NCBI RefSeq assembly: GCF_000406145.1
Contig: NZ_CM001976.1
Coordinates: 2,350,833-2,382,832, forward strand
Reading direction: 5' to 3'
DNA length: 32,000 bases
Source of the DNA: Dickeya dadantii NCPPB 898
GTDB lineage: Bacteria > Pseudomonadota > Gammaproteobacteria > Enterobacterales > Enterobacteriaceae
Shown: in pieces, positions 9,965-17,936 of the stretch
How the letters are laid out: each line of letters begins with the position of its first letter
Position numbering within the stretch: position 1 is the stretch's first letter
Notes under the pieces: generated by a model
Database searches by the model: none
What the model was told of the DNA's origin: nothing
What the model saw: the letters and a program-made list of their open reading frames with translations, nothing else
Translations under genes and position numbers: made by a program

Positions 9965-10891
9965 TCATATGCCGTCATCGGTGTACAAATGCAGCCTAGG
10001 GATCAATAGCCGCAATGGTTTGGCTTTGGGGCGGTGCCGATGCTGAATGTTATCGGCGTCATAGTCGTTCAGTTCGCCCATTACGGGGACGGCGTCCTGG
10101 CGGCATAGCACCAGTAACGGCGAAGGGCAGGGATACTGCACCTGTTTCTGCTGCTCCTGATACCAGACTCTGGCGATAGGCTGTACTTTCACCGGCCGTT
10201 TAATTTTCAGCGACGCCTGCTCCGGCAGGCGTTTTACATCCTGTATTTCCTGCTCCAGCAACGATGCCCACTGTTCCTTGCTGTACGGCGCCTGACTGCG
10301 CCCGGCGCGCAGGCTTTTCTCCAGCTTTTCCAGCAAGGCATCCCGGGTGAGATTTTTGATGATGTTCTTGTTCGCCCAGCCAAATCGCACCGATGTCGGA
10401 TCGACCAGCAGGGTGATGGTGCGGTAGGCGCTCAGCGTGATCAGCCCTTTTAGGTGCGTATGAACAAAATCGAAACGCTGCTCCGGTTCCAGCCCGGATT
10501 CCACCGTAATGATCTGTTCCAGCTCTTTTTTGCGCGCGTTGATGTCGGTAATTAGCCGATGAGCCTGCCGGTATTCCTGCTGCTCAACGCGAAAACACAG
10601 TACGCCGGGCAGGCGAATCGCCGCTTTGCTGCTGACGGTTTCTGCGTGGTGATGAATAAACAGATGACGAAAATGCGGCAAGCCGATATCGCACGCGTCA
10701 TCGCCGGTGACCGGCGTGACGTGAATCTGTGTAACCGGATCGTGCTCGGTGCCTTTCTCCACTGGCGGAAGCGTAAAAATATGCCCGCCGGCGAAGCGAA
10801 ATGTCCGGAACAACTGATGCATTTCAGACAATTGCGCCTCAAGGGTGGTGAAGCAATGATTCATGCGTTCGATCAGGTCGTAGGCTGCCAT
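9965..10891 (-). CDS. tus: DNA replication terminus site-binding protein Tus
   Basis: Collinear with E. coli Tus: FRHLFI, SSKAA.RLPGVLC, RFGWANK.IIKNL, LKIKRPVKVQPIARVWY, LNYDADN.QHR, PLRL.IPRLHLY. I chose ATG 10891 (MAAYDLIERMN, compare E. coli MARYDLVDRLN). Two further in-frame ATGs at 10903 and 10906 lie at the edge of, or inside, the Ter site. Confidence 0.93.
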   Translation of the reverse strand: MAAYDLIERMNHCFTTLEAQLSEMHQLFRTFRFAGGHIFTLPPVEKGTEHDPVTQIHVTPVTGDDACDIGLPHFRHLFIHHHAETVSSKAAIRLPGVLCFRVEQQEYRQAHRLITDINARKKELEQIITVESGLEPEQRFDFVHTHLKGLITLSAYRTITLLVDPTSVRFGWANKNIIKNLTRDALLEKLEKSLRAGRSQAPYSKEQWASLLEQEIQDVKRLPEQASLKIKRPVKVQPIARVWYQEQQKQVQYPCPSPLLVLCRQDAVPVMGELNDYDADNIQHRHRPKAKPLRLLIPRLHLYTDDGI

Positions 10892-10907
10892 TATTACACC
10901 CATCATT

Positions 10908-10930
10908 TATTTAGTTACAACATACTTATG
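10908..10930 (-). other. Ter replication-fork arrest site (TerB-like), overlapping the tus promoter/5' UTR
   Basis: The minus strand reads CATAAGTATGTTGTAACTAAATA. E. coli TerB is AATAAGTATGTTGTAACTAAAGT; 20 contiguous identical bases (10910-10929) include the GTTGTAAC core and the G6 position. It ends 16 nt upstream of the tus ATG, as TerB does in E. coli. Confidence 0.88.
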
Positions 10931-11072
10931 CATTCTAAACTAAACGCTAAGTTTAGCAACCTACGTCATTATCGTTTTAGCAGCGAAGAAAACGGAGAGT
11001 AGCGGGGAGATGGGACTCACCGGCCGGCGCGTTCAGGCTCGGTGAGTCGCAAATAATACCATTGTTCGTGAA

Positions 11073-12356
11073 TTACACCCTGCTTTTCAGGGACTTTAGT
11101 TTAAACCCGAGCAACAGTGCCAGCATCAGCAGGCATGACAGAAACAGCACCAGACCGGTCCAGCCGTAGTGATACCAGAAGAAACCGCCGGAGGTACCGG
11201 CCAGGCTCGACCCCAGATAATAACAGAACAGGTATTGAGACGATGCCTGTCCTCTGGCGCGCAGCGCCCGCACGCCAATCCAGCTGCTGGCGACCGAGTG
11301 GGAGGCAAAGAACCCCGCGGCAAACAGCATCATCCCGACGAACATTACTGGTAATGAACTGAACAGGGTTAACAGCAGGCCGGACAACATCAGGGCAATG
11401 CTGCCGACCAGCACCGGTCCGCGTCCAAAGCGAGCAATCATCGCCCCGGCGCGGGGAGACGCGTAACTGCCGGTCAGGTAGACCACCGACAACAACCCGA
11501 CGACCGTCTGACTCAGATTATAGGGAGCACCCAGCAGGCGGTAGCCAATGTAGTTGAACAGCGTGACAAAGCTCCCCATCAGCAGGAATCCCTCGGCGAA
11601 CAACAACGGCAAACCCGCGTCACGCCAGTGTAGGCGAGCATTGATCCACAGCGTTTTGGGGCGCAGTGAGCCGGCGCGAAAATGGCGTGAGTCGGGCAAT
11701 ATTCGCCAGAACGTCACCGAGGCCAGCAACGCGACCACGCCGATACAAGCAATAGACACACGCCAGTTGAAAAAATCGGTAATCACCCCGGTCAGCAGGC
11801 GTCCGCTCATGCCGCCAATGGAGTTGCCGCTGATGTATAGCCCCATGGAGAATGCCACCACGCTGGGGTGAATTTCCTCGCTCAGGTAGGTCATCGCCAC
11901 CGCCGCCACGCCGCTGAGCGATAAGCCGACCAGTGCCCGCATGGCCAGCAGCCCGGCCCAGTTAGTCATCATCGAACCAATCAGGGTACAAACCGAGGCC
12001 AGCAACAGAGACACCACCATCACATTTTTGCGCCCGATGGTGTCCGACAGCGGGCCGGTAAACAATAACCCGACCGCCATGGTAATAGTGGAGACAGAGA
12101 GCGACAGGCTGCTGGTTGCCGGCGACACGCCAAAGGCCTGCGACAGCACCGGCAGTATCGGTTGCACGCAGTACAGTAAGGCGAACGTCGCCAGGCCGGC
12201 GGAGAACAACGCCAGCGTAACGCGAATGAACGTCGGCGTGCCTCGGGTGATAAACGGGTTTTTATAAACGGGCGAGTGAGTCAAGCGTTGAGGTTGGATG
12301 TCATCGGTGACAGAAGCGGACATTCCTTGTGCTGACAGCGGGGTACTCAAAATCAA
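11073..12356 (-). CDS. ynfM: MFS transporter YnfM
   Basis: 427-aa ORF. Long identical blocks to E. coli YnfM as recalled: RVTLALFSAGLATFALLYCVQPILPVLSQ, MTYLSEEIHPS.VAFSMGLYISGNSIGGMSGRL, LPLLFAEGFLLMGSFVTLFNYIGYRL. The start is ambiguous: TTG 12356, TTG 12350 or ATG 12323. Confidence 0.9.
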   Translation of the reverse strand: MILSTPLSAQGMSASVTDDIQPQRLTHSPVYKNPFITRGTPTFIRVTLALFSAGLATFALLYCVQPILPVLSQAFGVSPATSSLSLSVSTITMAVGLLFTGPLSDTIGRKNVMVVSLLLASVCTLIGSMMTNWAGLLAMRALVGLSLSGVAAVAMTYLSEEIHPSVVAFSMGLYISGNSIGGMSGRLLTGVITDFFNWRVSIACIGVVALLASVTFWRILPDSRHFRAGSLRPKTLWINARLHWRDAGLPLLFAEGFLLMGSFVTLFNYIGYRLLGAPYNLSQTVVGLLSVVYLTGSYASPRAGAMIARFGRGPVLVGSIALMLSGLLLTLFSSLPVMFVGMMLFAAGFFASHSVASSWIGVRALRARGQASSQYLFCYYLGSSLAGTSGGFFWYHYGWTGLVLFLSCLLMLALLLGFKLKSLKSRV

Positions 12357-12431
12357 TCCTTATCCGGAAAAAATGCGGCAGAAACATCAGTGAGCGCATC
12401 ATAGAATTGGCTCGATTGTTTTGTATAATAT

Positions 12432-12444
12432 ATTAATCATTAAT
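12432..12444. promoter_or_regulatory. Candidate LysR-type (T-N11-A) operator in the ynfM-ynfL divergent intergenic region
   Basis: ATTAATCATTAAT is a near-palindrome with T-N11-A geometry. It lies just downstream of a perfect TATAAT hexamer (12424-12429, plus strand) and 18 nt upstream of the ynfL ATG. Confidence 0.3.
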
Positions 12445-12461
12445 AATGATACTTTATAAAT

Positions 12462-13376
12462 ATGAATATCGAACTCAGACATTTACGCTACTTCGTTGCC
12501 GTAGCGGAAGAACTTCATTTTGGACGAGCCGCTGAAAAGCTGCATATATCCCAACCTCCGCTCAGCCAGCAGATACAGGCGCTGGAAGAGCAGATCGGCG
12601 CCCAGTTGCTGGAGCGCAATAATCGCAACGTGCGCCTGACCCAGGCGGGCGAACTGTTCCTGAAGGAAGCTTGGGCGATCATCAATCAGGTGAATCAGGC
12701 GGCGGAGCGCGCCGCCCGCATCCAGCGCGGGGAAATAGGGGAACTCAATATCGGTTTCACCTCGTCGGCGCCTTTCGTCAAACAGGTTTCGCGCAGTTTG
12801 TTGCAGTTTCGCCAGAGCTACCCCGAAGTGCATATCCAGATGCTGGAGATCAACACCAAACAGCAGATTGAGCCGCTGCTTGACGGCAAGCTGGATCTGG
12901 GCGTGATGCGCAACAATCCGCTGCCGGAAACGTTACGCCATCAGCTGTTGTTGCATGAACCGATGGTCGCAGTGGTACATGAAGAGCATCCGCTGGCCGC
13001 CGCTCCCGGCGGTCACATCAGTATTCAGCAACTGGCCAGTGAGCCGTTTGTTTTTTTCGCCCGTGAAGTGGGTACCGCGCTGTACGACGAGGTGCTGACG
13101 TTGCTCAAGAAATACGGCATTACCCCTTACATCACTCAGGAGGTGGGCGAGGCGATGACCATTATCGGCTTGGTGTCTTCCGGTCTGGGGGTGTCCCTGC
13201 TGCCGGCGTCATTCCGCCGTATTCGGGTTGATGGCGTCAAATACCTGTCGTTGCAGGAAAAAGACGCTATCAGTGAAATGTGGTTAGTTACCCATCAACA
13301 TCGGCCGTTGAACACCGCCGCTCAGACGTTGATCACACTTATGCTGGGCAGTACCGCCAAAAATATGTGCGGTTAA
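12462..13376 (+). CDS. ynfL: LysR-family transcriptional regulator (YnfL-like)
   Basis: 304 aa. N-terminal LRHLRYFVAVAEELHFGRAAEKLHISQPPLSQQIQALEEQIG is a canonical LTTR HTH. Divergent from ynfM, as in E. coli. Confidence 0.85.
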   Translation: MNIELRHLRYFVAVAEELHFGRAAEKLHISQPPLSQQIQALEEQIGAQLLERNNRNVRLTQAGELFLKEAWAIINQVNQAAERAARIQRGEIGELNIGFTSSAPFVKQVSRSLLQFRQSYPEVHIQMLEINTKQQIEPLLDGKLDLGVMRNNPLPETLRHQLLLHEPMVAVVHEEHPLAAAPGGHISIQQLASEPFVFFAREVGTALYDEVLTLLKKYGITPYITQEVGEAMTIIGLVSSGLGVSLLPASFRRIRVDGVKYLSLQEKDAISEMWLVTHQHRPLNTAAQTLITLMLGSTAKNMCG

Positions 13377-13440
13377 TCACATATCGAATCAAATATTTGA
13401 CGGCTATTTACAAAAGCCCCACCATAGCCTCAGTTTTTTA

Positions 13441-13455
13441 TTTTACAGCGTAAAA
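13441..13455. promoter_or_regulatory. AT-rich dyad TTTTAC-AGC-GTAAAA upstream of mlc (candidate Mlc/NagC-type operator)
   Basis: Perfect 6-bp inverted repeat with a 3-bp spacer, embedded in T/A runs (13434-13459), 38 nt upstream of the mlc GTG. Mlc is autoregulated in E. coli through an AT-armed palindromic operator. Confidence 0.3.
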
Positions 13456-13492
13456 AATACCGATTACGCCTATTCGCAGGAGCCGTTTCAGA

Positions 13493-14710
13493 GTGATTGT
13501 CAGTGGTCAGCCGGGACACATCGATCAGATTAAACAGATGAATGCAGGTGGCGTTTATCGGCTGATCGATGAAAATGGCCCCATCTCCCGCATTGAGTTG
13601 TCAAAACAGGCCCAGCTTGCTCCTGCCAGCATCACCAAGATTGTGCGCGAACTGATGGAAGCCCATCTGGTCCGGGAAACGGAGTATCAGGATATGGGCA
13701 GTCGCGGGCGCCCGGCTATCGGTCTGGTGTTGGATACCGAAGCCTGGCACTACCTGTCGGTACGGATCGGCAACCAGGTGATGACGCTGGCTCTGCGCGA
13801 TCTCAGCGGCCATCTGGTTGTGGAAGAGCAGGTTGATTTACCGACGGAACATCCACAGTCGCTGCTTGACCGCATCCTGGCTGAAATCGACCAGTTTTTT
13901 ATTCGTCATCAGCGCAAACTGGAGCGCCTGACGGCTATCGCCATCACCTCGCCGGGAATGGTGGATTCATCCACCGGTATCATCCATCGTATGCCGTTTT
14001 ACGACGTGGAAGAGATGGCGATCGGCCCGGCACTGGAAAAGCGCACCGGCGTACCGGTCTATTTGCAGCATGATATCTGCGCCTGGACTATGGCGGAGGC
14101 GCTGTTTGGCGCGTCACGCGGTTGCCAGAACGTCATCCAGATTGTCATCGACCATAACGTGGGCGCCGGCGTCATTACCGGCGGCCGTATCCTGCATGCC
14201 GGTAGCCGAACACTGGTGGAAATCGGTCATACTCAGGTCGACCCTTACGGCAAACGCTGTTATTGCGGTAATCACGGTTGTCTGGAAACCGTCGCCAGCA
14301 TAGAAAGCATGCTGGAACTGGCCCAACAGCGCCTGAAAGGGTCAATGAGTTCGCTACTGCACGGATCGCCGTTAACGGTAGAGTCGTTGTGCGACGCCGC
14401 GCTGAAGGGCGATCAACTGGCGAAAGATATCATTGTTGATGTCGGTAATAACGTGGGGCGGATTACCGCCATCATGGTTAACCTGTTCAATCCGGAAAAA
14501 ATTCTGATCGGTTCACCGCTGAATCAGGCCGCCGATATCCTGTATCCCGCCATCATCGACTGCGTTCGCCGCCAGGCGTTGCCGGCCTATAGCCACCACC
14601 TGCAGGTGACGTCCACCCATTTCTACAATCAGGGGACCGTGCCTGGTGCTGCGTTGATCAAAGATGCGCTCTATAACGGCTCCTTGCTGATTAAACTGAT
14701 GCAGGGCTAA
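13493..14710 (+). CDS. mlc: ROK-family global regulator Mlc (DgsA)
   Basis: 405 aa with GTG start and AGGAG at 13478-13482. Near-identical blocks to E. coli Mlc: QPGHIDQIKQ.NAG.VYRLID, LAPASITKIVRE, VEIGHTQVDPYGKRCYCGNHGCLET (Zn motif), AIMVNLFNP.KILIGSPL. Confidence 0.93.
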   Translation: MIVSGQPGHIDQIKQMNAGGVYRLIDENGPISRIELSKQAQLAPASITKIVRELMEAHLVRETEYQDMGSRGRPAIGLVLDTEAWHYLSVRIGNQVMTLALRDLSGHLVVEEQVDLPTEHPQSLLDRILAEIDQFFIRHQRKLERLTAIAITSPGMVDSSTGIIHRMPFYDVEEMAIGPALEKRTGVPVYLQHDICAWTMAEALFGASRGCQNVIQIVIDHNVGAGVITGGRILHAGSRTLVEIGHTQVDPYGKRCYCGNHGCLETVASIESMLELAQQRLKGSMSSLLHGSPLTVESLCDAALKGDQLAKDIIVDVGNNVGRITAIMVNLFNPEKILIGSPLNQAADILYPAIIDCVRRQALPAYSHHLQVTSTHFYNQGTVPGAALIKDALYNGSLLIKLMQG

Positions 14711-14898
14711 TCGTTAATCAATCGCGCAATATCAATATCGTGCAATATTCATGTACGCAAAGCGCGGTTTCCCGTTGACCGACAAAACATTGCGCTAACG
14801 CAAGCCGCTCCGGCGGCCCATCCCCTAGACTTTGGACTTCATCAGTAAGTTTTTTGAGGTTTATTTTTTCAGGTGGGGCCTGCCGGAGTGGTGTTTTC

Positions 14899-15570
14899 AT
14901 GTTAAAGCGTATGTTTGTTACAGGAACGGATACAGCCGTAGGAAAAACGGTAGTGTCGAAGGCGTTATTACAGGCGCTGACGAAAACGGGCAAAACCGTA
15001 GTAGGTTATAAACCTGTAGCCAAGAGCTGTACGGAAACGGAAGAGGGGCTGCGTAACAAAGATGCGCTGGTGTTGCAGGAAGCGTCGTCTATCCCGTTGT
15101 CTTATCAGCAGGTTAATCCGGTGTCGCTGCAGGAAGATGAAATCAGCGCCAGTGAGCTGGAGATCAATTACTGTGCAATGACCGAAGGGCTAAACCAGCT
15201 CAGCGAATTGTCGGATATGGTGGTTGTCGAAGGCAGCGGTGGCTGGCGTACATTGATGAACGACATGCGAACCTATTCGGAATGGGTGGTTCAGGAACAA
15301 CTGCCGGTCGTGCTGGTGGTCGGGATCAAACTGGGTTGCATCAACCATGCGCTGCTGACGGCGCAAGCCGTTATTAACGATGGGCTACCGCTGGTGGGCT
15401 GGGTGGCGAACCGCATCAATCCCGGTTTGGCCAACTATGCCGAAATCATTCAGGCTCTGCGCGAAAAAATCCCCGCGCCTCAACTGGGCGAATTACCGTA
15501 TTTGCCCCGCGCCGAGCAGCGGGACCTGTCCGCGTACATTGACCTTTCCGCTATTAACCAGTCGTTCTAA
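14899..15570 (+). CDS. ynfK: Dethiobiotin synthetase paralogue (BioD2, YnfK)
   Basis: Start moved to ATG 14899 (MLKRMFVTGTDTAVGKTVVS, P-loop), with GGAG at 14885-14888. The KP.A.G, VVEGSGGW and W.ANRI motifs fit the BioD family. It is adjacent to mlc, as E. coli ynfK is. Confidence 0.88.
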   Translation: MLKRMFVTGTDTAVGKTVVSKALLQALTKTGKTVVGYKPVAKSCTETEEGLRNKDALVLQEASSIPLSYQQVNPVSLQEDEISASELEINYCAMTEGLNQLSELSDMVVVEGSGGWRTLMNDMRTYSEWVVQEQLPVVLVVGIKLGCINHALLTAQAVINDGLPLVGWVANRINPGLANYAEIIQALREKIPAPQLGELPYLPRAEQRDLSAYIDLSAINQSF

Positions 15571-15812
15571 TCTGGCAAACATTCCCTGTTCCTTATCCCA
15601 AAGAGCAGGGTATTTTTATAACAACACCCGATTAACAACACCCGATTATCCGTACCTGCGCGCTCTTCACTCGACTGAATGAAGGGCAAAAAAGGGAGAA
15701 CCCTGTCCCCCTTGTAATCACCAACCAGAGTCACCAACCACAGCGTTGGTATCAAGCCTTTGTATTTTTTAGCTGTTTCACTGCCATTGGCAACGCGTTT
15801 TTTAGAAACCGG

Positions 15813-16100
15813 TCAGCGAGATTTACCGGCCGGCGACGTAGGTTGAGACAACATATCGTTGTCATCCGACAGACGGATATAGACGATTTTTTGCGTATCC
15901 TGTTCGCAATGGCCAACAACCTGCCCGCCGTGCTGACTGACCTGATCATTAGGCACAATATCCAGCTCGAAACCCGATTCAGGTACACCGTTGGCGATAA
16001 TCTTACGGGCGATATCATCACGAACACTTTCACAGGACGCTTGTGCCAGGAACGGTGTAAGCAGCAGTAACAACGCACCGGTCAGTATTGTTTTCTTCAT
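15813..16100 (-). CDS. ynfD: Small secreted DUF1161 protein (YnfD-like)
   Basis: Start moved to ATG 16100 (MKKTILTGALLLLLTPFLAQA/SCE...), with AGGAGG at 16105-16110. Signal peptide plus the paired-Cys pattern C-x...IVPND...GxCE typical of DUF1161. The gene symbol is by analogy only. Confidence 0.65.
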   Translation of the reverse strand: MKKTILTGALLLLLTPFLAQASCESVRDDIARKIIANGVPESGFELDIVPNDQVSQHGGQVVGHCEQDTQKIVYIRLSDDNDMLSQPTSPAGKSR

Positions 16101-16118
16101 CACATCCTCCTGTCGAGT

Positions 16119-16159
16119 CAACGGGTTTACCCGCCCAGCGTGAGCCGATAAACCCGTTG
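16119..16159. repeat. Perfect 11-bp inverted repeat with 19-nt spacer between ynfB and the ynfD-like gene
   Basis: CAACGGGTTTA (16119-16129) and TAAACCCGTTG (16149-16159). It lies 19 nt downstream of the ynfB stop and 19 nt upstream of the ynfD-like ATG. No U-tract on either strand. Confidence 0.6.
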
Positions 16160-16177
16160 AAAGTATAGGTCAAAAAA

Positions 16178-16537
16178 TCAAGGCGTTACTGGGCGGCCAG
16201 AGCGACGGTCAAGACAACGCGATGAACTGGGTTCCCAGTAAGCATTGAAGTTGGAACTGGCTTTGCATTTCTCTTCAAGCGCTTCGGCCATATCGGCCTT
16301 GTCAAAATCTCTGTCCGCCTTGTCGACGCGTTTTTCGAGATGCTTGTTGAGCTTATTACGCAAGGTGCGTGTTTCGTTCCAGTCTTCGCTGCTCTGACGC
16401 GCCGCTTCTTTGGATAACGCACTGTTGCCGTTATCAATAATGATATGTTGCGCGGCCTGTGCAGACTGCAAGAGACTCAAACTAAACAGCGATGAAGTAA
16501 GAAGAAGGAGTAGTAAGTTACGTGTTTTTTTCTGCAT
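16178..16537 (-). CDS. ynfB: UPF0482 / DUF1283 secreted protein YnfB
   Basis: 119 aa with a signal peptide. The C-terminal NAYWEPSSSRCLDRRSGRPVTP matches E. coli YnfB ([22 protein letters not shown]) as recalled. W.DTR.LR.K.NK motif is shared. Confidence 0.85.
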   Translation of the reverse strand: MQKKTRNLLLLLLTSSLFSLSLLQSAQAAQHIIIDNGNSALSKEAARQSSEDWNETRTLRNKLNKHLEKRVDKADRDFDKADMAEALEEKCKASSNFNAYWEPSSSRCLDRRSGRPVTP

Positions 16538-16812
16538 GTTTCACCCAGACAGGAATTCTGTAAATACGTTCGTTGTCATAACCAAGAATCATTACGTTGA
16601 CTATAACATCCGCCGCCATAACCAAACTATAACCGACCCGAAATATTCAGGAATACGCCTTTGCCGTCCACACCCGGCAGCGCGGCTATATCCCTGAACA
16701 GGGTCACCCAATGAACAGCAAAGACCGAGTTTGATCTCTTAATCACCCCGCGCTGTTGGCGTACGGCGTGGCAATGGTTAACCGCTGCCGCGCCGAAATG
16801 CAAAGGCAGGGG

Positions 16813-17562
16813 TTACTCGTCGCGATTAACCTTCAGGCCGCCGTAGGTTTGGCTCACCGGCATCATTTCCAGCGTGTTGATGTTTACGTGAGCCGGCAGC
16901 GTCGCCACCCAGAATACCGCTTCCGTCACGTCTTCCGGCGTCAATGGGTTGGATTTGTCATAAGTCTGGCTGACCTTGGCATCATCCCCTTTGAAACGTA
17001 CGGCAGAGAACTCGGTTCCCCCCACCAGACCCGGCTCGATATTGGTTACCCGCACCCGGGTACCAGACAGGTCGGCGCGCAGCCCCAGACTGAACTGGCG
17101 CACAAACGCCTTACTGGCACCGTAGACATTCCCACCCAGATAAGGCCAGTTGCCGGCAGTGGAGCCGATATTAATGATATGACCGACATTGCGCTTCACC
17201 ATTTCCGGCAGCAGCGCATGGGTCATGAACACCAGCCCTTTATTGTTGGTATCGATCATGGTTTCCCAATCGCTGACGCTGGCTTTGTGCGCCGGCTCCA
17301 GCCCTAACGCCAAACCGGCGTTGTTGACCAGCACGTCAATATTGCGCCACTCGGCAGGCAGGGAGCCGATGGCCTGCTCGATAGCCTGTCGATCGCGCAC
17401 ATCGAGACGCAGCGTGAGAAGCGCCGCGCCAAACTCAGCTTTCAGAGCATCAAGACGTTCCTGGCGGCGGCCCGTGGCGATAACCTGATGACCTTCCTGA
17501 ATAAACCGCCGGGTAATCGCTTCACCAAATCCCGCCGTTGCGCCGGTAACAAAAATAATCAT
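16813..17562 (-). CDS. ydfG: NADP-dependent 3-hydroxy acid / L-serine dehydrogenase YdfG (SDR)
   Basis: Start moved to ATG 17562 (MIIFVTGATAGFGE, the SDR TGxxxGxG motif), with AGAGGA Shine-Dalgarno. Contains NNAG and Y..SK catalytic motifs. Confidence 0.92.
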   Translation of the reverse strand: MIIFVTGATAGFGEAITRRFIQEGHQVIATGRRQERLDALKAEFGAALLTLRLDVRDRQAIEQAIGSLPAEWRNIDVLVNNAGLALGLEPAHKASVSDWETMIDTNNKGLVFMTHALLPEMVKRNVGHIINIGSTAGNWPYLGGNVYGASKAFVRQFSLGLRADLSGTRVRVTNIEPGLVGGTEFSAVRFKGDDAKVSQTYDKSNPLTPEDVTEAVFWVATLPAHVNINTLEMMPVSQTYGGLKVNRDE

Positions 17563-17936
17563 GCGTTTTTCCTCTTTCATTCCTGACTGCAATTACTGAC
17601 TGCAATGATCCTGAGCAACCCGATGACGCTGTGCCACTTACTCCGTGCCGCTTTATCGCAAAGAGCCCATCTCATCGTTCGCGGTGATACCACTATGACA
17701 ATGAGCATACCTTAACCTTATCGCTATCTCTATGTCAGCATTGATCTTTTCGGGAAGCCTCGCAGGCGGGGTATCTCCTTGCTGTATTTTGCAAACATAA
17801 CCTCGGGAAGGATCGCAGCCCGGCTAAAACAGGTTTGCCACCCGCGGTTTTTTCGCACTATATTGTTTTGTCGAGGTAATTGGTTTTTTGGGGCAATTAT
17901 TGGCCTGGATATTGATAACACTGGTAAGGAATACTC

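Noticed and set aside
7238-10132. KOPS (GGGNAGGG) polarity as independent support for the dif position: GGGCAGGG at 10125 (plus strand), its complement at 7238 (minus strand), and GGGAAGGG on the minus strand at 22976.
   Set aside because: I found only three motifs by eye and one points the wrong way. That is far too few for a polarity statement, which needs a genome-scale count.
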